A stretch of 64,000 nt of DNA, from positions 6,100 through 70,099 of the forward strand of contig CAYFJX010000001.1 of assembly GCA_964343705.1 (NCBI GenBank), in the 5' to 3' direction. The stretch's first letter is position 1, and each line of letters begins with the position of its first letter. Below the pieces are notes generated by a model. That model was not told the DNA's origin. It did no database searches and saw only the letters and a program-made list of their open reading frames with translations. Below, one piece after another: positions 9,928 to 17,839 of the stretch. The position numbers and the translations under genes were made by a program. Source of the DNA: an uncultured Methanosarcinales archaeon. Lineage in GTDB: Archaea > Nanobdellota > Nanobdellia > Woesearchaeales > UBA12501.

Positions 9928-10062
9928 CTATCTTCTCCTAACTGAAGAACCCACAATAGCCCCAATAATCCCACCAATTACTGCACCAGGAACAGAACCC
10001 ACTGCACCACCAAGTATTGCTCCACCAACCAATCCAGCAAGAATTGATTCATCCTTTCTCAT
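9928..10062 (-). CDS. Glycine-zipper small membrane peptide (44 aa)
   Basis: Hand-translated from the sequence: MRKDESILAGLVGGAILGGAVGSVPGAVIGGIIGAIVGSSVRRR. GxxxG repeats, then a basic tail. Too short for the ORF track. Confidence 0.25.
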   Translation of the reverse strand: MRKDESILAGLVGGAILGGAVGSVPGAVIGGIIGAIVGSSVRRR

Positions 10063-10106
10063 AATAAACAAAATATCGTTATTCTTTATAAATTTTCTTT
10101 AAATCC

Positions 10107-11303
10107 TTACCCTGTGCAGCTCTTGAATATGATCATTACCAGCACTAAGCAAAAGACAATTCCAACATAGCCCCATATCTTATGTGCTAATGCCTCGTTC
10201 TTTTTGCCAAATATCTTCAATAAGGCAATTTGGAACATCCGTCCACCATCACAGATAGCAACAGGTAAGAGGTTAAAGAACCCAATACCCAGATTAATAA
10301 GATATAACCAAAACAACAATCCCATGCTCCACATGATTGCTGCAGGAACAAATTCACCATATTGTTCTTTGAAACTTTCTTTAATTTTAGTTTTGTCAGC
10401 TACAAACACACCAAGGTACGGAGCTGAGCTGTTAGTTGGGTGAATTCCCAGTTCAATATCATACGCAGTCCTGTTTGTCACAATGTTAATTGTCTCACCT
10501 GGCTTTTTTTCTGCCATGACTGCTGAGAACTCCTTAACTCGCATAACTGACTGGCCATCCATTTCAGTGATTATTTCACCTTTTGTAAGACCTGATTCTT
10601 GGACTGGATACACTCCATCTTCTACAATGCCATGGACTGATACACCTGTGTGGTCAAGAACTGCAGCGTCAATAGGTGTTGCAATAACCATGAACAAACC
10701 AATAATTAAAAACCCAAGGACAATGTTAGACAATGGCCCTGCTGCAATAACACTCAATTGTTGTTTTGCTGGCCGCTTACGCATTTCTTTTTCATCTGGT
10801 TCAACAAACGCAATAGGAATTACTGGCGCGATAATACCAATAACACCAACACCGCTTGATGTCACCTTGAGTTTGTGTACTCGTGCAAGCACCCCATGAC
10901 TAAACTCATGGATGACAACGACCACAAAGAGTGATATAATAAAGTAAAAGAAGGGAACGTAAATTGTTCCGGGAAGATTTTGTGAAAATGGTTGGAGTAT
11001 ACCTACACCTGGCACTGCTTTTTCAGACACAAACATAAGATAGAGATTTTCTACGAGTTTGTACGAGATAAAAACCATACCTGCGTAACCAAGCCAGATA
11101 AAACTGTAACCTGCATACTTGAGTAATCGCGGAAACTTCTTTGCCAGTCGATCCATTGCTTTAAGTCCGATCTTAGTTCGGTACATAAAGATGTAAAGAA
11201 AGGGGAAAAGTACTTTTTGGAGAATTAGTTTTTTCCTTTCAATATAGACCACAATAGCCAGCAAGACTATAAACCCTAATGCAAAGAATGCTTGTATATC
11301 CAT
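10107..11303 (-). CDS. Site-2 protease (M50 family zinc metalloprotease) with PDZ domain
   Basis: HEFSHG zinc motif in a TM helix, a PDZ-like segment, and C-terminal NLLPVAICDGGRM (LDG motif). Multiple TM helices. Confidence 0.8.
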   Translation of the reverse strand: MDIQAFFALGFIVLLAIVVYIERKKLILQKVLFPFLYIFMYRTKIGLKAMDRLAKKFPRLLKYAGYSFIWLGYAGMVFISYKLVENLYLMFVSEKAVPGVGILQPFSQNLPGTIYVPFFYFIISLFVVVVIHEFSHGVLARVHKLKVTSSGVGVIGIIAPVIPIAFVEPDEKEMRKRPAKQQLSVIAAGPLSNIVLGFLIIGLFMVIATPIDAAVLDHTGVSVHGIVEDGVYPVQESGLTKGEIITEMDGQSVMRVKEFSAVMAEKKPGETINIVTNRTAYDIELGIHPTNSSAPYLGVFVADKTKIKESFKEQYGEFVPAAIMWSMGLLFWLYLINLGIGFFNLLPVAICDGGRMFQIALLKIFGKKNEALAHKIWGYVGIVFCLVLVMIIFKSCTG

Positions 11304-11393
11304 CCTGTACCTCTTTAGTCAAATTATAGGAATACCTCTTTTTATAGTTTGTTATTTTACAGAAGAGAATGTTTGGAAGAAAGTTTAAAAGAT

Positions 11394-11555
11394 CTACTTC
11401 TTCCTAACTGGCCGCAGACTAGTAGAGCCACACTTACGGCATTTCATCTTACCTGCCATAACCTTACGGCTAGAAGTTCTACGTTTTGTCTTACAATTTC
11501 TGCAGACATAAATGTTACGCTGCGTCCGTGCAGCTGCTTCTGGAAATTTTGCCAT
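11394..11555 (-). CDS. rpl40e: 50S ribosomal protein L40e
   Basis: Hand-translated minus-strand ORF: MAKFPEAAARTQRNIYVCRNCKTKRRTSSRKVMAGKMKCRKCGSTSLRPVRKK. L40e signature MAKFPEA plus a C4 zinc ribbon. The plus-strand 69-aa ORF over it is spurious. Confidence 0.8.
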   Translation of the reverse strand: MAKFPEAAARTQRNIYVCRNCKTKRRTSSRKVMAGKMKCRKCGSTSLRPVRKK

Positions 11556-11568
11556 TGATAATCACAAT

Positions 11569-11970
11569 TTAATTGCTTTGTTTAACTTGTTTCATAACTT
11601 TTGCGTCAAGGACAACCCAATATAGGACATTACATCCGTCAACACAGTCATCTTTGAGGTCGTCTGGAATGTCAAGATCAAATGTTTCATAGGTCTCAGA
11701 GTCCATAACATTTGCCTTGCCTCCTTGTATTGACAAGACCTGAGCTGTTTTTTTTCCAATAATCGGTGATTCAATACTATCATGACCTGGCATGACAATA
11801 ACACGTTTTTTGCCATCAAGGATGCCAACACCAGTCAATCGCACTTTTGCGTGACCATGTTTTCCTGGCCGAGATGTTTGCGTGTCTGTAACACGACAAG
11901 CTGCGCCGTCAAGCACCACATAATTGCCTTTTTGTAGGCTCCCTACACTTACTGGTTTTGTATTACTCAT
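11569..11970 (-). CDS. eif5a: Translation initiation factor 5A (aIF-5A)
   Basis: Hypusination loop TSRPGKHGHAKV and an OB-fold C-terminus. Confidence 0.9.
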   Translation of the reverse strand: MSNTKPVSVGSLQKGNYVVLDGAACRVTDTQTSRPGKHGHAKVRLTGVGILDGKKRVIVMPGHDSIESPIIGKKTAQVLSIQGGKANVMDSETYETFDLDIPDDLKDDCVDGCNVLYWVVLDAKVMKQVKQSN

Positions 11971-12102
11971 TGTCTAAACACCTTCCAAATTGAGTAGTTG
12001 TCTACCTCACCGTGTAAACTGATCATATTTAAATATTTCTATAAACGCACCTGAAGTAGGCAAAAAAAGCCGTTTAAGAAGTCCCAATGCTGTTTGCATA
12101 GT

Positions 12103-12300
12103 CTAAGGCATATTGATGTAGGTGTTTGGAGCATACCTCATAGTGTCTGTCCGTGATGTTTTACCTACTGTTTTAGAGGTTATAATAACCTTGCCACCTT
12201 TTTTCTGTGTACCTACAACGCGGTACAATGACTGCCTAATAAAAACTTTATCACCAGCTTGAATATTTTTTGCTTGTACTCTTTTTACCATGTCTATCAC
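12103..12300 (-). CDS. Small basic hypothetical protein (possible KOW/TRAM-like RNA-binding fold)
   Basis: 65-aa ORF with a TATA-like box about 30 nt upstream. No secure family assignment. Confidence 0.35.
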   Translation of the reverse strand: MIDMVKRVQAKNIQAGDKVFIRQSLYRVVGTQKKGGKVIITSKTVGKTSRTDTMRYAPNTYINMP

Positions 12301-12412
12301 ACCTCAGTGGTTTTAAGAATATCAAGGGCTTGTACTATTTAAAGTTTGTTATGAAAAAATAAGGATGGATAGGGGTACACTGAGAATAACTAGGTTAAGT
12401 TTGGGCTGTTCC

Positions 12413-12504
12413 ATAATCAAATCAGACATTGCACAGTTTTAACCGAGCCGGGTCCCGGCTCGGATTAAACAGCTTTGCTGTATGATCTGTGCAGTTGAAA
12501 TGTT
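12413..12504. ncRNA. Candidate structured RNA element, copy 2 of 2
   Basis: Same conserved blocks as 9400..9497. Perfect hairpin CCGAGCCGGG-T-CCCGGCTCGG replaces copy 1's CGC-TTT-GCG. Second hairpin ACAGC-TTT-GCTGT replaces CAGCC-AGT-GGCTG. Confidence 0.3.
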
Positions 12505-12560
12505 CTTTGATTTTGAAGACTTTGCAGAGATTAGCTCACCTACAAAAAGTAAAAAGACAT

Positions 12561-13331
12561 TCAAAACAATTTCCTAAATTTTTTCAGTAATGATCCAGAA
12601 CGTCCAGCAACATGTCGTACTGCGCGCTGTCTCCGAACCCTCCCTAAAGCTCGCTTCAGCTCACCATCAACTGCATGAAAGTTTTCAAACTGTTCCTCAG
12701 CACGCCGAAACTTGGCATCATGGTAACAGTTCCTGCCATTCTTACTGCGATACTTGTGCACCTTGTGTAACATCTCATGATACATCACCACATCAAGCAA
12801 TGCCGGATTTTCATGGATAAGATCTTGAAACACCTTACTAATGCTAATCTGGTCAAGTTTAAAATCATAACACCCTAGCTTAGTGGTCGAGTACCTCCCC
12901 CACTCAAGATTTGGTTTATCAACCATCCCAAGAAAGTAGCGTTCATTAACCCGTGCAAAAGATGCTTCAAGCAGAGGGTCACCTTGCTTTTTTTCAACTG
13001 TTAAATGCAAGTTGCGTAAGAAGTTGTTGTACAAGTCAAGGTAAAGATGATCAATTTCCCCTCGCTGACTTTTTGTTCGCTTCCACATTTTTAAGTACAG
13101 ATCTTGCAGCAAGCCCATTTTGATTTCTGGACTTACTCGCTTCCATTTCTTACACAGATTAGCCTGCAACCTATTGCCTTGCATCACTATGTTGGCATTG
13201 TATGCAGAAAATCGTCCTGAATATGTTAGTTTGGCATTGTAAGAAAAATCTCTTCCTGGAAAAAGATGGTTAAATGCCTGCTCCATAATTTCCCTATCAA
13301 TGTCTGCTTGTGGTCGTCTGAATCTAAACAC
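12561..13331 (-). CDS. SprT-like zinc metallopeptidase domain protein
   Basis: HExxH motif (VVMYHEMLHKVHKY) with a downstream C/H cluster. 256 aa. Confidence 0.6.
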   Translation of the reverse strand: MFRFRRPQADIDREIMEQAFNHLFPGRDFSYNAKLTYSGRFSAYNANIVMQGNRLQANLCKKWKRVSPEIKMGLLQDLYLKMWKRTKSQRGEIDHLYLDLYNNFLRNLHLTVEKKQGDPLLEASFARVNERYFLGMVDKPNLEWGRYSTTKLGCYDFKLDQISISKVFQDLIHENPALLDVVMYHEMLHKVHKYRSKNGRNCYHDAKFRRAEEQFENFHAVDGELKRALGRVRRQRAVRHVAGRSGSLLKKFRKLF

Positions 13332-13358
13332 CTCGTTTGTTTGTAACAGTTATGAATC

Positions 13359-15977
13359 TCAATAATTTGTGTCAAACCTAAGAATCGCTGCAACTCTTCC
13401 AATGTCACGAAGCTGCACACCTTCTCGTGTTTCAGTGGAAATAATCTTAACTTTAGTACCTAATTCGCGTGCCTTTTCTTCAAACTGTTCAAGAAGGTTA
13501 TCTGCCAACTCTTCAGAAAGCAATAAAGTATCAACAACACCAGTTTCTAGATGTTTAAGACAGTCAGCTTGACCATAACTTACCATTCCTGGCTTGGTTG
13601 AAAGTAATGTAAAAAATTTAGTCATTACCTGTTTTTCCTCTGCAATCTCTTCTTTAGCAAGGACATCTTGGCTCTTGTCAACAAGTTCTTGCAATCCAAA
13701 TTCTTCAGTGTAACTAAGATCTTTCACTGCAATTATTTTCTTCTTAACTTGATCAGTAATGAAGTTTCCCTCAACAAATGAGTACTTTGTAGGGCCAGGA
13801 CCACCGACAAGAATGCCTTTTAGGTCTTTCATCATCATAAACTGTTCTTTCATATAGTTCCCGACTTTTTTGTAGTGATCCTTTGCAGCACCTTCACGCA
13901 ATCGGGCAAAACGTTGAGCTGAGTTGTGTACAATAACACCATTTGCTATGAAGTTTTGGTTCCCAACAGAAATATCAACCATTTCAACTTCTTTTTCTTC
14001 AATTTCAATTTTACTTATTTTGACAGGGAGGAAAGGGTGATTATGTATTTTCTCAAGCTTTTCATGTAAGTCTTTGTCTGTTATATTACATAGAATGGAA
14101 TTGTTGAATGCCTCCTTGCTCATCATACGCTCATTTCTAAAAAAACTGTTAACTTTAGGAAACAATTCCAGATTATACCCTGAGTTTTCTATAATTTTCC
14201 GGATTTCTGTACCAGGAATGAGTATTTGCCTCACATTACTTTTTACTGATTTTCCATCAATAATTTGATTTAATCTTGCATTCTTAATTTCACTTGTTAA
14301 CCCGATATTTTTTCTAAAAAGTTCTAAAGATTCCTTTTCAGTGATGTCAATGGTAAAGCGTGGATTATCACTGTAAGGGTTTCTTCTGTTATCATATTCA
14401 TGCAAAGATGAGATTATGCTAAATCTAAGCAATGCCATTTGTACCTGTTGGGCAAGAATCTTGTTACTAATCCCCAATGCAACTTGTTTTCGGGTAGAAA
14501 CATAGCCTTCAGCGTCAAAGATTCCTTTAAGAAATGAAGCTAGTATTTCGTCAGGAGAGTTTAGTATTTTCTTTGGAATCTCAGAGTCATGAGTCTTTTT
14601 TATTTCTGGAAACTCGCTTATAATCATCCTGACTAAAGGTCTGCTTGTGAACCTCAATTGATGGTAATTTTTAGATTCTCTGAACCTATAAGATGAGATC
14701 ATATGTAAATAATTATCAAATATTTCCTTATATTTCAAAGCAACCTGTTTATTTTGTTCAAAAAAAGTAATTCGATCCTTCTCAATACAACCATCACCAA
14801 GCAAATACCCTAAGAACTGTGCTAGTTTATGGTCAACAACTACAGGGAGTTTCATACTGGCATGCAAATCAGGTGTAGTATACTTTCTCAAAAAATCATA
14901 AAAATCTATTTCTAAAGCAGCACACACTTTCTGAAGAGGAATCCGTCTAGCACTCATTTTACCTATTTCATACGAAGAAATAGTTGTTTGAGTAATACCC
15001 AGTTGCTTAGCTAATTGCTTTTGGAAAAGGCCTTTCTCCATCCTTTTCTGCTTAAGTAAAGCCTGCCCCTGTTCATTAATAGAGAAGGCGTTGTAGTATT
15101 GAATAGAATTAATTGTTTGAATAGAGCTCTTGACTGTAATCTTTTCTGGCATTATAAGATACTCTCCTTCTTTCAACTGCTCAGCTGGTTTTTCTTCAAT
15201 GCCATTCTCACCACGAACAAAAAAGACATGATCTTTGGACGCTTGAATTTCAAATCGAGGTGATTTTGTGGTGATCTTGTAAATATGAGACTTCTTTACA
15301 TCCCATCGATCAGTGACAGGTGAATCCGCAAGTGAAAAATTTTCCATAACCATTGTCTTAAGGACACAAGGGTTATGAGAAAATTTGAGCTGAAGGATTC
15401 CACCATCACAAGATTGGATTAGAGTATCCTTGACAAGACACTGACCACCAGCACGAAACTTTCCTGGAACTTCAGAATGAGTTTTTAGCAATGGCACAAT
15501 TGTTTTTCCTTTAAGCAATGCAAGATGTGCATCTCGCCTGTCCATAACAACAAGGCCAAACACTTCTGAAGCCTCACACATTTGAGCAAGGGGTTCAAGA
15601 AGAAACTCCTTGTCACATCGGTAAATACGCGTGTTTAATTCAACAGGAGGTTCAATACTCCACACACGCAAATCAGACTTACCTTCCTTTGAAGCAATGT
15701 TACCTGAGAAAACAGCAAGACCATTAGGTGGTGTTTTCTTGAACAAACGCAAGTGTTGAATCATTCGCTCAAGAGCATCAGTGACATTTTTTCGTGTACT
15801 TGCAGATTTAATGTTGGATGCAGTTCCTTGCTCTTGAGAAAGATGTTGTATAATTTTTATAAGGTCATATCCCTTAGGAATGTATACACTAACAAACTCT
15901 GTATGCCGACCTCGATGCGGCTTTAATTCCTTCATAAACTTTTTGAGTTTAAACTTAGTTGCTTGTTCCATTACCAT
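13359..15977 (-). CDS. prf1: Peptide chain release factor aRF1 interrupted by a 506-aa intein
   Basis: aRF1 N-terminus (RGRHTEFVSVYIPKGY, GTASNIKS, NIKS-like). GGQ motif is followed immediately by Cys, and the frame resumes as SAQRFARLREG after an HN dipeptide. Confidence 0.9.
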   Translation of the reverse strand: MVMEQATKFKLKKFMKELKPHRGRHTEFVSVYIPKGYDLIKIIQHLSQEQGTASNIKSASTRKNVTDALERMIQHLRLFKKTPPNGLAVFSGNIASKEGKSDLRVWSIEPPVELNTRIYRCDKEFLLEPLAQMCEASEVFGLVVMDRRDAHLALLKGKTIVPLLKTHSEVPGKFRAGGQCLVKDTLIQSCDGGILQLKFSHNPCVLKTMVMENFSLADSPVTDRWDVKKSHIYKITTKSPRFEIQASKDHVFFVRGENGIEEKPAEQLKEGEYLIMPEKITVKSSIQTINSIQYYNAFSINEQGQALLKQKRMEKGLFQKQLAKQLGITQTTISSYEIGKMSARRIPLQKVCAALEIDFYDFLRKYTTPDLHASMKLPVVVDHKLAQFLGYLLGDGCIEKDRITFFEQNKQVALKYKEIFDNYLHMISSYRFRESKNYHQLRFTSRPLVRMIISEFPEIKKTHDSEIPKKILNSPDEILASFLKGIFDAEGYVSTRKQVALGISNKILAQQVQMALLRFSIISSLHEYDNRRNPYSDNPRFTIDITEKESLELFRKNIGLTSEIKNARLNQIIDGKSVKSNVRQILIPGTEIRKIIENSGYNLELFPKVNSFFRNERMMSKEAFNNSILCNITDKDLHEKLEKIHNHPFLPVKISKIEIEEKEVEMVDISVGNQNFIANGVIVHNSAQRFARLREGAAKDHYKKVGNYMKEQFMMMKDLKGILVGGPGPTKYSFVEGNFITDQVKKKIIAVKDLSYTEEFGLQELVDKSQDVLAKEEIAEEKQVMTKFFTLLSTKPGMVSYGQADCLKHLETGVVDTLLLSEELADNLLEQFEEKARELGTKVKIISTETREGVQLRDIGRVAAILRFDTNY
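13923..15440 (-). mobile_element. Intein with LAGLIDADG homing endonuclease and an HTH (XRE-like) insert, at the aRF1 GGQ site
   Basis: Starts with Cys right after GGQ and ends VIVHN before the +1 Ser. Two LAGLIDADG blocks (LAQFLGYLLGDGCI, ILASFLKGIFDAEGYV). HTH-like LAKQLGITQTTISSYEIGK. Confidence 0.8.
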
Positions 15978-16069
15978 AAGATATCATACTGGAGGCAGCT
16001 CCAGGGGTTTAAAAAGCTTTAGGTGGTAATAAGAGAAAAATTAAATAGCGATAACCAGGTATAGGTATC

Positions 16070-16737
16070 ATGACAATCACTGATCTTGTAAAAGCACTTT
16101 TTTTCCAGTAACTGCATTTGATGATCTTGTCCTAAAACCAATTGATGCAAAGGTACATAAAAAAGCAGATAGGTTTGCTAGCTGGCTTGAAGAAAAAGGC
16201 GTTGCGCGTGGAACAACACGTACAGTTCTTAGATATGGAGGTCTCATTCCCTTTGTTGGTGCCATTAAATGTGTTGGAAAATACATCCCATCAGAAGCTG
16301 CTGCCTTAGGAGTGGGCATTTTCTATGCCCTACCTGCAGCAATGGATGAATCTCAAGCAATAAAAAAAGGAAAACACTTATCACAAACAGGACATGAGGA
16401 AACGCTCTCTCCAGACCTTGAGTTTCTAACAACATTGATTAGAGTACAACGAAGATACTTGATTATCGGAGGTGCCATATCTCTCGCATATGGCATTGCC
16501 ACACAAGATCTTTTTTATGTAAATACAGGATTAGCAGCAAAGTCCGTTAGCTTGAGTAGTTATGTTAATGACACAGATCCACCAAGTAAAAGTAAACTCT
16601 GGAAAAACTTTAGAGACTGGCGCGCAGAGCAAAAAGAAGCACGACAAAAAAGAAAACAAACAACACAGCCAATCATACTCCCACAACCAACAACAGCTTA
16701 TTCAATGTTGGAACAGACTGCAAATACACCATTCTAA
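16070..16737 (+). CDS. Hypothetical membrane protein with the N-terminal frame disrupted at a T7 homopolymer
   Basis: ATG at 16070 opens a 13-codon frame that ends after a T x7 run (16098-16104). The long ORF is open from 16084 in another frame and has no ATG before codon ~90. One extra T would fuse the two. The ORF track used a GTG at 16312. Confidence 0.35.
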
Positions 16738-16795
16738 AACCATGGTAAGGATTATCAGAAAACTATATAAGGCACCGCCCCACTCAGGTTAGATT

Positions 16796-17803
16796 ATGAC
16801 CACAATGAAAGACCTCATTGCACAAATGAGAAAAAACGCAAAAGCTACACGAAGAAAGGTTATTGTAGCTGAAGGCTGGGATGAACGATGCTTAAGAGCG
16901 TCAGCCAATATTCTCAAAGATGATGTGTGTGATCTTATTCTGCTAGGTGATCCAGAAAAAATCAATGCAGAAGCAGAAAAGTTAGGTGTTGACATTAGTA
17001 AAGCAGAGATTATCAACCCTCCAGAATATGAAAAACGAGCAGAACTGGTGAAAGAGTTGGTAGAACTGCGGAAACATAAAGGACTTACAGAAAAAGAAGC
17101 AGACAAACTCTTAGAAGATGTTAACTATTTTGGGTGTATGCTTTTACACAGGGGTGTTGCTGATGGCATGGCTGGATCTGCAATTTGCCCTACAGCTGAA
17201 CTTATGCGACCAACACTCCAAATTATCAAAACTAAAAAAGGAGCAAGCCTTGTTTCAGAAGTAGTAATCGCAGAGGATGTTAAAAATAAGCGTGTTCTTT
17301 TCTTTACTGACTGCAGTCTTAATCCTGACCCAAGTGCAGAAGATTTAGCTCAAATTGCTGTGAATGGTGGAGACTGTGCTAAAGCATTTGGCTTTGAACC
17401 AAAAATAGCCTTCCTCTCATACTCCACAAAGGGAAGCGGTGGCACTAGTGAAATTATTGAAAGAACAAGAGAAGCTGTTGAACTAGCACGAAAAAAACAG
17501 CCAGACTATGTGTTTGAAGGTGAAATGCAAGGGGATGCTGCTCTTAATCCATTTGGTGCAAAACGAAAATGCCCCGATGCGCAGATTAAAGGCGATGCAA
17601 ATGTTCTTGTGTTCCCTAACTTGACTGCTGCAAATATTTTCTGCCATCTTATGATGCAACTTTGTGACATGGGCATTGGATTAAGTGCTGGAGTTGGATT
17701 AAGAAAACCTGTGGCTGTTCTTGGAAGAAGTAATAGTGCAGAAAGTATAGAAAATCTTATTATTAGCTGTGCAATGAAGGCTAATGCTAGTGATAAAAAG
17801 TAG
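16796..17803 (+). CDS. pta: Phosphate acetyltransferase
   Basis: Close colinear resemblance to archaeal Pta (ELRKHKG, SAICPTAELMRP, LSYSTKGSG, VFPNLTAANI). 335 aa. Confidence 0.88.
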   Translation: MTTMKDLIAQMRKNAKATRRKVIVAEGWDERCLRASANILKDDVCDLILLGDPEKINAEAEKLGVDISKAEIINPPEYEKRAELVKELVELRKHKGLTEKEADKLLEDVNYFGCMLLHRGVADGMAGSAICPTAELMRPTLQIIKTKKGASLVSEVVIAEDVKNKRVLFFTDCSLNPDPSAEDLAQIAVNGGDCAKAFGFEPKIAFLSYSTKGSGGTSEIIERTREAVELARKKQPDYVFEGEMQGDAALNPFGAKRKCPDAQIKGDANVLVFPNLTAANIFCHLMMQLCDMGIGLSAGVGLRKPVAVLGRSNSAESIENLIISCAMKANASDKK

Positions 17804-17839
17804 TAAAAGTAAGAAAAAATAGCAATAAAGAATAGTACA

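Noticed and set aside
11349-11558. 69-aa plus-strand ORF from the six-frame track
   Set aside because: It lies antisense to a clear 53-aa ribosomal protein L40e gene on the minus strand and has no motif of its own, so it is a shadow ORF.
12103-12300. Calling the 65-aa basic protein a specific ribosomal protein (L14e/L24/Gar1)
   Set aside because: There is weak resemblance only. No diagnostic motif could be matched from memory.
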